The notes under the pieces: generated by a model
The model's database searches: none
The model's input: only the letters and a program-made list of their open reading frames with translations
Told to the model about the DNA's origin: nothing
In this document: positions 16,580 to 25,352 of the stretch, piece by piece
Layout: each line of letters opens with the position of its first letter
How positions within the stretch are numbered: position 1 is the stretch's first letter
Assembly (NCBI GenBank): GCA_964585585.1
Contig: CAZPEL010000001.1
Span: 1 to 46,849, forward strand
Direction: 5' to 3'
DNA: 46,849 bases
From: an uncultured Gammaproteobacteria bacterium
GTDB lineage: Bacteria; Patescibacteriota; Patescibacteriia; Patescibacteriales; JAGXOH01
Made by a program: the position numbers and the translations under genes

Positions 16580-17905
16580 ATGCCTAAGATGTTTGTTTTG
16601 GATACCAATGTTATCCTAAATGAGGGTAATTGCGTAGAAAGTTTTGATGAGCATGATGTGGTCATTCCGGTGTCCGTATTAGAGGAGCTGGACAGCTTTA
16701 AGTCCGGCAGCGATACCATCAATTATAATGCCAGAGATTTTTTGCGTTCCCTGGATGAGATAAGCGACAATAAGCTCTTTGACGGCGGTATAGATATAGG
16801 CCCGGGAAAAGGAAAACTTAAAGTGGTCTTGGAGCAACAGACCCAACAAGTGATCAAGGATAATTTTCCCAGTTCCAAAGTCGATCATCGGATCCTTAAT
16901 ACCGCCCTTTATCTCCAGAAAGACAATCCGGGCAAGGAAGTTGTCCTTATATCCAAGGATACCAATTTGAAGATGAAGGCCAGGGCCGTGGGTTTAAAAG
17001 CGGAGAATTTAACCTCAGACCAGATCAAGAATGTGGACAACCTTTATCGGGGGGTCCGATACGAAGAAGGCGTGCCCGCGGAGGTTATAGATTTGCTTTA
17101 CCGAAAACCCTATGAGATAGGATTGGACCTGTTTCATAAAGAAGAATGGATGGCCAATGAATTTTTGGTCTTAAGGAACGGCAAAAAATCGGCGTTAGCT
17201 CGATACGTGGCCGGTCGGGATGTTGTTAGTAGGGTGAAAAAGGATATTTACACCTATATTGACCCCCAAAACGCCGAACAGGCCTTTGCTATGAACGCTT
17301 TGGTGGATCCGGGTATCTCTTTGGTTACTTTGACCGGCAAGCCGGGTACGGGTAAAACTTTGTTGAGTTTGGCTGCGGCCATGGAAGTTAAGAGCAATTA
17401 TCGCCAGATCTTTGTGGCCAGACCCAATGTTCCCTTGAGTAATCGGGATATGGGCTACCTGCCCGGAGACATTCAGGAGAAAATGGATCCTTATATGCAG
17501 CCCATAGAGGATAATTTGGCCCTGATCCAGGAGTTAGCCGGCAACAAGATCAATGGTAATGGCAAGCCCTTGGATATACAGGACATGAAGGCCAAGGGTA
17601 AGATAGTGATGTCGCCCCTTTCTTATATCCGCGGCAGAAGTTTGAACAAGATCCTCTTTATTGTGGATGAAGCCCAGAATTTGACCCGGCATGACATTAA
17701 AACCATTGCCACCCGAGCCGGCCAGAACACTAAAGTGGTCTTTACCGGAGATATTCATCAGATAGACCATCCTTATCTGGACAGTCGATCCAACGGAGTC
17801 AGCCACATCATCGAGAGCTTTAAGGACCAAAATATTTTTGCCCATGTGAACATGGAAAGGGGGGAGAGAAGCGAATTGGCCAATTTGGCCGCAGAGCTTT
17901 TGTAG
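16580..17905 (+). CDS. PIN-domain + PhoH-like ATPase (PhoH2/YlaK type)
   Basis: N-terminal PIN (FVLDTNVIL...ISKDTNLKMKA). Walker A is GKPGTGKT and Walker B is FIVDEAQN. AGGAGG lies 6 nt upstream of the start. Confidence 0.9.
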   Translation: MPKMFVLDTNVILNEGNCVESFDEHDVVIPVSVLEELDSFKSGSDTINYNARDFLRSLDEISDNKLFDGGIDIGPGKGKLKVVLEQQTQQVIKDNFPSSKVDHRILNTALYLQKDNPGKEVVLISKDTNLKMKARAVGLKAENLTSDQIKNVDNLYRGVRYEEGVPAEVIDLLYRKPYEIGLDLFHKEEWMANEFLVLRNGKKSALARYVAGRDVVSRVKKDIYTYIDPQNAEQAFAMNALVDPGISLVTLTGKPGTGKTLLSLAAAMEVKSNYRQIFVARPNVPLSNRDMGYLPGDIQEKMDPYMQPIEDNLALIQELAGNKINGNGKPLDIQDMKAKGKIVMSPLSYIRGRSLNKILFIVDEAQNLTRHDIKTIATRAGQNTKVVFTGDIHQIDHPYLDSRSNGVSHIIESFKDQNIFAHVNMERGERSELANLAAELL

Positions 17906-17920
17906 AATTTTTTTAATCTC

Positions 17921-17950
17921 AAAGGGCTTATTGCAAAATAAGCCCTTTTA
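17921..17950 (+). terminator. Rho-independent terminator
   Basis: aaagggcttatt / aataagcccttt 12-bp stem, then TTTATT. Confidence 0.6.
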
Positions 17951-17963
17951 TTGTGTTCAGCAT

Positions 17964-17991
17964 AAAAAAAGGAGGCCTCATAGAGGCCCCC
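17964..17991 (-). terminator. Terminator for the 18008-18430 gene
   Basis: On the minus strand: gggggcctc-tat-gaggcctcc, followed by TTTTTTT. Confidence 0.5.
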
Positions 17992-18007
17992 GGGGGAAGG
18001 AGAGAAT

Positions 18008-18430
18008 TTAGGCGCAAATTCGGTTTTTTTTGTGCAGGGGGTAGGACTTAGGCAGAATAATATCTGCCTGGGCCAGAAGAAAGCGGTAGGGGTATTCCAG
18101 ATTTTTAGTGACTTTACTGTGTTTTAAAAAGTGTCTCAATGTGGGACAGCCGGCTTGCTTAAATTTGGCGTTCATTTCCTCCAGGGTTACAGCACGATCT
18201 AGTTGTAATGAGTGCCATTTGACCAATAGGGTTACAAACCGGATAAAACCGGTGCTTAAAAATTCATCTTGAAAGATTTCTGTCCAGAGAGACCTGGTTT
18301 TTAGGGGTAGCTTGATCTTGTGATCCGGAATAATGGAATCTATTACCTCTTCGGCCCCCTCAATATTTCGGAGGGCAGGAAAACGGTAAACCAGATCATA
18401 AAAAGGACTGTTCTTTTTTTTCTCTACCAT
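18008..18430 (-). CDS. Hypothetical protein (monocistronic)
   Basis: 140 aa. It has AGGAGAG 5 nt upstream, plus its own promoter and terminator. No recognisable motifs. Confidence 0.65.
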   Translation of the reverse strand: MVEKKKNSPFYDLVYRFPALRNIEGAEEVIDSIIPDHKIKLPLKTRSLWTEIFQDEFLSTGFIRFVTLLVKWHSLQLDRAVTLEEMNAKFKQAGCPTLRHFLKHSKVTKNLEYPYRFLLAQADIILPKSYPLHKKNRICA

Positions 18431-18495
18431 TTTTTCTCTCCTTTGACTATTTTTTTTGTTCTAAAGAGCAATTGCGGTAAAAATTCAATAATAAA

Positions 18496-18524
18496 TTTAT
18501 ATCAATTTTCTTCTGATCCGTCAA
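18496..18524 (-). promoter_or_regulatory. Sigma-70-like promoter for the 18430 gene
   Basis: On the minus strand: TTGACG, 17-nt spacer, TATAAA. Confidence 0.4.
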
Positions 18525-18527
18525 TAT

Positions 18528-18556
18528 TTGAAATTCTTTGTAGATAAGGGTAGAAT
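18528..18556 (+). promoter_or_regulatory. Sigma-70-like promoter for the pheA-tyrA-aminotransferase operon
   Basis: TTGAAA (18528-18533), 17-nt spacer, TAGAAT (18551-18556). Confidence 0.4.
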
Positions 18557-18590
18557 AAAGAGAGAGGTAAATAATTTAAGCTAAATATCT

Positions 18591-19166
18591 ATGACCATAA
18601 AAATAGGTGTTTCCGGTAATAGGGGTAGTTTTTCAGAGGAAGCGGCCCAATATTATTGCCAGGAAGAGAAAATAGAGGATTTTGACCTTTCCTACTTGGA
18701 GAATGTTTCCAATGTTTTGGAGTCCTTGAGCAAAAAAGATATAGACAGGGGCATTTTCCCCATAGAAAATTCCAATGGCGGCATAGTTTACGAAGCGGTT
18801 CAAGCCATGAGCAAGTATAAATTTCAGATCGACAAGATATTCGAGATCGATATCAAAATGAATCTTTTAGTTGGGCCCGGGGTTAATGCTCAACAAATAA
18901 GGCAAATAGTTTCCCATCCGCAGGCCTTAAAACAGTGCCGAATGTATCTAAAACGTCGATGGCCGGAAACCGAATTGAAGGAATATTCGGACACGGCCGG
19001 AGCCGCTCGCGACCTTAGTCAAGGGGTGTTGCCCCCGGATTCGGCGGTTATCTCACCGCGGATCTGCGCGGAATTGTATGAATTGGAATTATTAGAGGAG
19101 GGGATACAGGATTTGAAATTCAATTTTACTACTTTTATAACAGCTTCTAATTATGCCCAAGAGTAA
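18591..19166 (+). CDS. pheA: Prephenate dehydratase, catalytic domain only (no CM or ACT domain)
   Basis: Motifs GNRGSFSEEAA, IFPIENSNGGIV and SHPQALKQC. It ends right after NFTTFI, where the canonical motif is TRF. It is only 191 aa. Confidence 0.8.
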   Translation: MTIKIGVSGNRGSFSEEAAQYYCQEEKIEDFDLSYLENVSNVLESLSKKDIDRGIFPIENSNGGIVYEAVQAMSKYKFQIDKIFEIDIKMNLLVGPGVNAQQIRQIVSHPQALKQCRMYLKRRWPETELKEYSDTAGAARDLSQGVLPPDSAVISPRICAELYELELLEEGIQDLKFNFTTFITASNYAQE

Positions 19167-20193
19167 AAACCAAACCAAGATCGGCATCATAGGCCTGGGT
19201 AATTTTGGCCTTCTTATGGCCGCGGTTTTGAACGAAAATTTCCAGGTTCAAGTTTATAATCACGCCAAAGACCTGGATATATCCCAAAAAGCCAAGGACG
19301 CAGGAGTGGAGTTGGTGGGGTGGCCGGAGATATATGATTGCGATATAGTGATAATTTCCACTCCTATTTCCGTGACCAGGGCTTTGGTCAAGAGAGTAGC
19401 TCCTAATCTGAAACGAGGGGCTTTATTGTTGGATGTGGCCTCGGTTAAAGAATATCCCTGCCAGTGGTTAAAGAAATATGCGCCTAAGCATGTGGAGATC
19501 ATGGGAACCCATCCCATGTTCGGACCCACTACTGCCAAGTTTGATCCCAAGAAAAAATATTGGGAGATACGGGATAAACAGATAGTTTTGTGTCCTTTGC
19601 GAATAGAGGAGGATGGGCAAAACAGAATAATAAAATTCCTAAGATCCGATCTGGGTCTGAATGTTATCGTTACCACCCCCAAGGATCATGATTATCAAAA
19701 CGCTAAAACTTTGAGTTTTGTTCATTTTCTGGGGCGCTCTTTGACCCGGGCCGGTATAACTGAACAAAAAATTTATACACCGGGGTATGCTGATATGTTA
19801 AAGATATTACCCCATACCAATCAGGACAATTGGCAGCTTTTTTATGACATGAATAACTTTAATCCTTACGCCAAAAAAATAAGAAAAAAATTTTGGCGGG
19901 CTTGTTGGCAGATAGAAGAAAAGATAATCCGGTCGGACTCTCAGGGGGAATTGGATTTTAATCGGAATATGATAAGTGAAATAGACGAAAGGATCTTTGA
20001 GCTTTTGGAAACAAGAATGAAACATTGTCGGAATATAGGTCGGATAAAAAATGAAGAAGGTAGAGCCAAGGTGGATCCGAATCGGGAGAAAGAGCTGATA
20101 CAGAAGCAGGTTCGAAAAACCAAATTAAATCCGGATTTTATAAAGAATGTTTATAAGTTGTTGTTTCGGGAGAGTTACAAAAAACAAAAGTAA
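19153..20193 (+). CDS. tyrA: Prephenate/arogenate dehydrogenase fused to a C-terminal AroQ chorismate mutase domain
   Basis: The N-terminus has IGIIGLGNFG and GTHPMFGP. The C-terminal 85 aa (ISEIDERIFELLETRMKHCRNIGRIKNEEG..VDPNREKELI) match the AroQ CM pattern. It overlaps pheA by 14 nt. Confidence 0.8.
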   Translation: MPKSKNQTKIGIIGLGNFGLLMAAVLNENFQVQVYNHAKDLDISQKAKDAGVELVGWPEIYDCDIVIISTPISVTRALVKRVAPNLKRGALLLDVASVKEYPCQWLKKYAPKHVEIMGTHPMFGPTTAKFDPKKKYWEIRDKQIVLCPLRIEEDGQNRIIKFLRSDLGLNVIVTTPKDHDYQNAKTLSFVHFLGRSLTRAGITEQKIYTPGYADMLKILPHTNQDNWQLFYDMNNFNPYAKKIRKKFWRACWQIEEKIIRSDSQGELDFNRNMISEIDERIFELLETRMKHCRNIGRIKNEEGRAKVDPNREKELIQKQVRKTKLNPDFIKNVYKLLFRESYKKQK

Positions 20194-20195
20194 AT

Positions 20196-21293
20196 ATGTT
20201 ATCAAAAAGAATACAAAAAATGGAGGAATCCGGTATTCGCAAAGTTTTTGAGATGGCCGCCCAAAACCAAGGGGATATGGTAGATCTTTCCATTGGCCAA
20301 CCCCATTTTTATACCCCGGAGAGTTTAAAAGAGTCCCTGTGTCGAGCCGGTCAAGAGGATTTCAATCGTTATACTTCCACCAAGGGTTTGCAGGGCCTAA
20401 GGGAGCAGATAGTTTCTAAATTACAGAACAGGAACGGCATATCGGCCTCCATGGAAGAGGTAATGGTGACCAGCGGGGTGAGTGGCGCCATTTTTTTGAG
20501 TTTGGCTTCGATCGTGGACCCGGGAGATGAGGTGGTTCTACCAGACCCTTATTTTGTTCTATATAAGCAGTTGCTTGATTTTTTAGGCGCTGAGACGGTT
20601 TTCTGGGATACTTACCCCGACTTTCATCCGGATCCGGATAAATTAAAAAAGCTGATAAACTCCCGGACCAAGGCGGTTATCCTGAATACACCCAATAACC
20701 CCACAGGAATGGTTTATTCCCGGTCGGAACTGGAAAAAGTGGCCGAGGTGGCCGAGCAGAAAGGGGTGTGGGTCCTGGCGGACGAGGTTTATGAGAAGTT
20801 TGATTTTGATAATAGATTCTTTAGTATAGGCAGTATTTATGACAAGACCATTACTTGGAACGGTTTTTCCAAGAGTCATTTGATAACCGGTTGGAGAGTG
20901 GGATATGTCCATGCGCCGGCGGAGATAATAGAGGCCATGAACAAATTGCAACAATATACTTTTGTTTGCGCCCCCGCTCCCACCCAGAGAGCTCTGGAGT
21001 TAGAAGGGGAGATAGATCTATCTCATTGCGTAAATGTTTATAAGAGTAATCGGGATCTTTTGGTTTCCCGGCTTAAATCGGAATATCAATTCCGAATCCC
21101 GGAGGGAGGTTATTATGCCTTTGTCAAATACCCAGAGGGAAAGAAGGACTTGGTCCAGGATTTGATCCGATACCAAGTTTTGGTGATTCCCGGAGAAGTG
21201 TTTTCCCGGAAAAGCGGCTATTTTCGCATCTCTTTGGCGGTTGATCCGGAAACTTTGAAAAAGGGGATTGAGATCTTGAATAAAATAATATAA
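20196..21293 (+). CDS. Class I/II PLP-dependent aminotransferase (aspartate/aromatic type)
   Basis: Motifs LNTPNNPTG and NGFSKSHLITGWRVGY (PLP lysine). It starts 2 nt after tyrA. Confidence 0.85.
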   Translation: MLSKRIQKMEESGIRKVFEMAAQNQGDMVDLSIGQPHFYTPESLKESLCRAGQEDFNRYTSTKGLQGLREQIVSKLQNRNGISASMEEVMVTSGVSGAIFLSLASIVDPGDEVVLPDPYFVLYKQLLDFLGAETVFWDTYPDFHPDPDKLKKLINSRTKAVILNTPNNPTGMVYSRSELEKVAEVAEQKGVWVLADEVYEKFDFDNRFFSIGSIYDKTITWNGFSKSHLITGWRVGYVHAPAEIIEAMNKLQQYTFVCAPAPTQRALELEGEIDLSHCVNVYKSNRDLLVSRLKSEYQFRIPEGGYYAFVKYPEGKKDLVQDLIRYQVLVIPGEVFSRKSGYFRISLAVDPETLKKGIEILNKII

Positions 21294-21300
21294 AAACCAT

Positions 21301-21334
21301 AAAAAACAGCCCTTTGTGTTCGGGGCTGTTTTTT
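21301..21334. terminator. Bidirectional terminator between the aminotransferase gene and rpmA
   Basis: aaaaaacagccc / ggggctgtttttt. Confidence 0.6.
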
Positions 21335-21335
21335 A

Positions 21336-21626
21336 TTATTTTTTCTCTTCTTGAGGGATAACATCAACTATTTTGGTATTTTTGAGTTGATTGTTGAATT
21401 TTTTCAATTTTTTGTCAGTGAATTTGACTATACCTTGTTTGAGAGCGAAAAGGGTATCATCTTTACCTTTGCTCACATTTTTTCCGGGATGGAATTTAGT
21501 GCCTCTTTGCCTGATGATTATCGCTCCGGCTTTGGCCAGCTGGCCTTCAAATAATTTCACTCCGAGGCGTTTTCCGGCCGAATCCCTAACATTAGCCGTA
21601 GATCCACCCGCTTTCTTGTGTGCCAT
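21336..21626 (-). CDS. rpmA: 50S ribosomal protein L27
   Basis: [24 protein letters not shown]...[13 protein letters not shown]. Confidence 0.95.
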   Translation of the reverse strand: MAHKKAGGSTANVRDSAGKRLGVKLFEGQLAKAGAIIIRQRGTKFHPGKNVSKGKDDTLFALKQGIVKFTDKKLKKFNNQLKNTKIVDVIPQEEKK

Positions 21627-21639
21627 AAGCTATATAAAT

Positions 21640-21671
21640 CCCTTAAAATTCTTATTTAAGAACTTTAAGGG
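21640..21671 (-). promoter_or_regulatory. Leader hairpin immediately upstream of rpmA
   Basis: 15-bp stem (cccttaaaattctta / taagaactttaaggg, one mismatch), 13 nt upstream of the start codon. No obvious SD. Confidence 0.3.
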
Positions 21672-21710
21672 AAAAGCGTTTTATTTACTTATATTTTATT
21701 TATAGGGATT

Positions 21711-21739
21711 ATGATAGCAAATAGCTTGTATTGTGTCAA
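21711..21739 (-). promoter_or_regulatory. Sigma-70-like promoter for rpmA
   Basis: On the minus strand: TTGACA, 17-nt spacer, TATCAT. Confidence 0.45.
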
Positions 21740-21759
21740 TATGGAAAAAATGCTATAAT
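21731..21759 (+). promoter_or_regulatory. Extended -10 promoter for the M23 peptidase gene
   Basis: TGCTATAAT at 21751-21759, with TTGTGT 17 nt upstream. Confidence 0.4.
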
Positions 21760-21792
21760 AAAAACAAAGTTTAAATTAAAGATTTTTATCAT

Positions 21793-23019
21793 ATGAATTC
21801 AAAAAGAACTAGGGTATTGTTGGGTATATTGATGTTCGTCCTGGTTTTTGGAATGGCCAAGTCCAGTTATGGTAGCAATTCTTCCAATAGGGAAGTGGAT
21901 TATTTGAATGAGCAGATCCAAGCTAAAAAGGAAGAAATAGAGGAAATGAAGGAACAGAGGGAGAAATATTCTCAAAAAATAGACAGATTGCAAAACCAAA
22001 AGGCAAGCTTAAGGAATCAATTGGATCTATTGGAGAATCGTTTGGCTAAGACTGAGTTAGAGATCAGGGACACGGAGAATCAGATCAACAAGGTTAATTT
22101 GGAGATAAGGAAAGCTGATTTTGAAATTCGGGAGAAAAAGAAAAAGATCCAAAAGGAAAAAGACCATATAGCCAAGATAATCAATCTGATATACAAGCAA
22201 AATCAGGCGGATACCCTGGAGATACTTTTGTTGAATGAATCCTTTGCTGAATTTATAAATAAATTGAAATATTTGCAGGATATAAATGAGGAAATAGAAA
22301 TAGGGGTAAAGGAGTTAAAACAAGACAGGAAGGATCTGAAGGTAAAGAAGGAGAATTTGGAAGAAAAGAATAAGAAATTGGCTCGACTTAAAAAAGAATT
22401 GCAAAACAAAAAAGAGGAGCTGGAAGAAAATCAGGAAAGTAAGAAATTCTTGCTTCAAAAAACGGATAGTTCCGAGGATAGGTATCAGCAATTATTGAGA
22501 CAGGCCGAAGAAGAGAGACAGCAAACATCCAGAGAGATAGCTTCTTTGGAAAAGAAGGTCCGGGAAAAGCTAAAGGATAAGCCCAAAGAGGAATTATCCT
22601 TAAACGACAATGGCTTTATTTGGCCGGTTCCCAATCATTATGTGACCGTGGGGTTTCATGATCCGGATTATCCCTTTAGATATCTTTTTGAACATCCGGC
22701 TATAGATATTCGGGCCTCCCAAGGAACGCCCATAAAAGCGGCCGCTTCCGGCTATATAGCCAGGGTCAAATACAACCGCAATAGCTCCAAATATGCTTAT
22801 ATAATGATTATTCACGGAGATGGTATGGCCACTGTGTATGGCCATGTATCCAAGCCCCTGGTCAGTGAAGAGGATTATGTGGTCCAAGGGCAGAATATAG
22901 CTTTGAGTGGCGGTATGCCGGGAACTTCCGGGGCCGGTTATTTGACCACCGGACCACACCTTCATTTTGAACTCAGAAAGGACGGCATTCCCATTGATCC
23001 TTTACCAAATTTACCTTAA
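21793..23019 (+). CDS. Coiled-coil M23 metallopeptidase (EnvC-like)
   Basis: Signal peptide, then about 230 aa of Lys/Glu coiled coil. M23 motifs HPAIDIRA, GHVS and GPHLHFELR. Confidence 0.85.
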   Translation: MNSKRTRVLLGILMFVLVFGMAKSSYGSNSSNREVDYLNEQIQAKKEEIEEMKEQREKYSQKIDRLQNQKASLRNQLDLLENRLAKTELEIRDTENQINKVNLEIRKADFEIREKKKKIQKEKDHIAKIINLIYKQNQADTLEILLLNESFAEFINKLKYLQDINEEIEIGVKELKQDRKDLKVKKENLEEKNKKLARLKKELQNKKEELEENQESKKFLLQKTDSSEDRYQQLLRQAEEERQQTSREIASLEKKVREKLKDKPKEELSLNDNGFIWPVPNHYVTVGFHDPDYPFRYLFEHPAIDIRASQGTPIKAAASGYIARVKYNRNSSKYAYIMIIHGDGMATVYGHVSKPLVSEEDYVVQGQNIALSGGMPGTSGAGYLTTGPHLHFELRKDGIPIDPLPNLP

Positions 23020-23829
23020 AAAACTATTTTTGATATTTAGATAATCTGTTTTGGAATCGATTTCTTGCCATAAAGCGGGGGAGTGGATATCAGGAATGTT
23101 AGTTTTTTGTTTTAAAATAAAAGAATTTCTTAAATCTCGGATTGTTAAATTTTTGTTTATTGAGATTTTATATTTATTAAAGATTTCTTCTACCGCTTTT
23201 TCAGTTAAAGGTGGTTTTTTTTGATTGTTGAAGGCCGGACTAAAGCTGCAAAAAAGGTAGCTTTCTGAATCTGCCTTTATCAAAGAGGAGTAGCTTTTTA
23301 TTTCCATTAGAAGTTTTTGTGGTGTTGCAACCTGTTTATCCCTAATAATTATGGAATTTCCCTTTATGTTCTTTAATTTTATACTGGTTATATCTTTTGT
23401 TCGCGCACCCGTGTAATATATTATTTTTAAAAGTAACTTATCTCTATTTTTGGTTTTTTTGTCTTTTGCAATGTTGTCTATATAAGAAAATAATTTATCA
23501 ATATTTTTTATTTCTTTAATATTTTTCTTGTTGCTAGTTTTTACAGCTTTTAAGTTATTATATTTTATATTTAAATTCTCCTGTTGATTGAGAAACTTTA
23601 TAAAACTTTTTATCGCAGCTAATTTAACATTAACTGTTTGGGGGGAATATTTTGTTTTTAAATGATCTTTGTAGTTAATAAGGGTTTTGTTATCAAGATT
23701 ATTTAAATTTATTTTATTTTCGTTTAAAAAATTTAAAAATTTTGTCAAGGAAATAGGATATGTTTCCAGTGCTGATTTGGAATATTTCTTTTCTTTTAGG
23801 TAGTTTGAGTAATCCTTTATTATAGACAT
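23011..23829 (-). CDS. Divergent tyrosine-recombinase-like protein
   Basis: The N-terminal SAM-like domain is clear (YLKEKKYSKSALETYPISLTKFLNFL...VNVKLAAIKSFIKFL). Arg-I is retained (YYTGARTKDI). The HxxR box reads RDLRNSF, and the LGH...Y box is not recognisable. The start lies 2 nt after the upstream stop. Confidence 0.7.
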   Translation of the reverse strand: MSIIKDYSNYLKEKKYSKSALETYPISLTKFLNFLNENKINLNNLDNKTLINYKDHLKTKYSPQTVNVKLAAIKSFIKFLNQQENLNIKYNNLKAVKTSNKKNIKEIKNIDKLFSYIDNIAKDKKTKNRDKLLLKIIYYTGARTKDITSIKLKNIKGNSIIIRDKQVATPQKLLMEIKSYSSLIKADSESYLFCSFSPAFNNQKKPPLTEKAVEEIFNKYKISINKNLTIRDLRNSFILKQKTNIPDIHSPALWQEIDSKTDYLNIKNSFLR

Positions 23830-23831
23830 AA

Positions 23832-24320
23832 CTACATTTTAAATTCTACAGAGTAAAAATCAGAAGGAACTATAAGTATTTTGCACTCACTCATAAAAGA
23901 AAAATTCAAATAAAGTTTATATAAATTAATAGAACCAACTTCTATATAGGTACTAATTTCTTTTACGTATAAATCAGCTTGTCCATAATGCAAATTCGGC
24001 TCCGAGTAGACATTTAAACAATGGTGCTCAAAATAGTTTTTGATCATGTTCATCATGTTATTGTGCCATATTGCACCATGGGGCTTTGTGCTATTTTTTT
24101 CAGGGCCATGTTTATATTTTTTAAAATTCCATATTTTGTTTTGTTCGTAGTTTATTTTAGTCGTGTTTATTTTCCCCGATACTATTAATATGGATATCAT
24201 TCTGAACAAACAATTATTGCATTTAATGGGGTCATTTTGAGTGTAGGGAGATAGTTCAATGTTGTTTTTCAAAAAGTTTGTTGTTTCGAGTATATTTTTT
24301 TCCACTTTTTTCCAGGTCAT
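23832..24320 (-). CDS. Hypothetical 162-aa protein between the two recombinase genes (possible nuclease-like fold)
   Basis: It has CNNC and a His-rich segment (HGAIWHNNMMNMIKNYFEHHC). GQADLYVKE..YIEVGS faintly recalls a PD-(D/E)xK core. Its start overlaps the xer stop (ATGA). Confidence 0.6.
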   Translation of the reverse strand: MTWKKVEKNILETTNFLKNNIELSPYTQNDPIKCNNCLFRMISILIVSGKINTTKINYEQNKIWNFKKYKHGPEKNSTKPHGAIWHNNMMNMIKNYFEHHCLNVYSEPNLHYGQADLYVKEISTYIEVGSINLYKLYLNFSFMSECKILIVPSDFYSVEFKM

Positions 24321-25288
24321 AGATTTTTTTTGTTTGTTTTTCTGCCACTGTGTAATTTTTTATGAGCATCCCGGAGACGCTTGCTGGTTACATGCGTATA
24401 TATTTGAGTGGTGGAAATATTTTTATGTCCCAGAAATTCTTGGACCAATCTTAGATCCGCCCCCTGAGACAACAGATCTGTGGCAAAAGAATGTCTAATG
24501 GAATGCGGAGTGATTATAGTGGGCAAACCGGCTATTTTCACATATTTTTTTATTATATCATCAATACTTTTAACAGTTAGTCGTCTTGATTGATTTGATC
24601 TCTGAGCTGGGCGCCAATAATTTATAAATAAAGCTTCGTCCATATCTTTGCGTTTATTCAGATATCTTCTGAGAGAGTCTACGGCTCGCTCGGAAAAATA
24701 TACAGTTCTAATTTTTTCTCCTTTTCCTATAATAGAAATTTCCAGGTCTTGAGTATCTTTTTTTATTTTGAGTTGATCCCGGTTGAGGTTAACTAATTCC
24801 GCCACTCTTAAGCCAGTAGAGAAGAGGGTCTCTAATATAGCTTTATCTCTTAGGCCGGTTATTTTATTTAGATTGGGAGCATTTAGAAGTTTTTCTAATT
24901 GCTCTAATGTTAGGAATTTTACTTCTGAATCTGATTTATCTTTGGCCAATTTGATCTTGTCAGGGGGGAGGGAAGTGATGTTCTTTTCCAAAAAAAAGCT
25001 CAATAATGATCTCAGAGCTATAAGATATAGATTTTGAGTGGTTTTTTTTAGAGTTTTTCGAGTTCTAGGGTCTACATGTCTGGCTAAGAAAAGTCTATAT
25101 TTTGATACAATATCGGTATTCAGTTCATTTGGTTTTAAGTGAGAGAGGTTGTTGTTTTTTAGCCAATCAAAAAATTTATTTAAAAAACGATGATAATTTT
25201 TTTGAGAAGTGCTGGATAAACCTTGTTCTATTTCCAGATAGTCTAAATATTTTTGTCTATATTCGATTATAGGTTTGTTTTTTTCCAT
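24317..25288 (-). CDS. Xer-type site-specific tyrosine recombinase (XerC/XerD family)
   Basis: Canonical boxes are present: TGLRVAEL, GKGEKIRTV, HSIRHSFAT and LGHKNISTTQIYTHV. Confidence 0.9.
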   Translation of the reverse strand: MEKNKPIIEYRQKYLDYLEIEQGLSSTSQKNYHRFLNKFFDWLKNNNLSHLKPNELNTDIVSKYRLFLARHVDPRTRKTLKKTTQNLYLIALRSLLSFFLEKNITSLPPDKIKLAKDKSDSEVKFLTLEQLEKLLNAPNLNKITGLRDKAILETLFSTGLRVAELVNLNRDQLKIKKDTQDLEISIIGKGEKIRTVYFSERAVDSLRRYLNKRKDMDEALFINYWRPAQRSNQSRRLTVKSIDDIIKKYVKIAGLPTIITPHSIRHSFATDLLSQGADLRLVQEFLGHKNISTTQIYTHVTSKRLRDAHKKLHSGRKTNKKNL

Positions 25289-25352
25289 AAAAGATAGGGA
25301 GTTTAGTTATTATATATTACTTCATGTTATGTAGGTTAATTAACGTATTATC

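Noticed and set aside
21294-21792. Coding-strand switches at about 21.3 kb (convergent) and about 38.0 kb (divergent), considered as terminus/origin signatures. The xer genes lie close to the first.
   Set aside because: An origin and a terminus cannot lie 17 kb apart, and there are further switches at 40.4 and 44.3 kb. These are ordinary operon boundaries. A cumulative GC-skew plot on the full genome would be needed to say more.
23213-23222. Homopolymer A/T tracts of 8 nt inside the recombinase and ftsQ genes (also near 24319-24326, 25040-25047 and 26337-26344), considered as phase-variation switches.
   Set aside because: They encode Lys-rich stretches in very AT-rich genes, and 8 nt is at the low end for slippage. 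Without read-level length heterogeneity there is no support.
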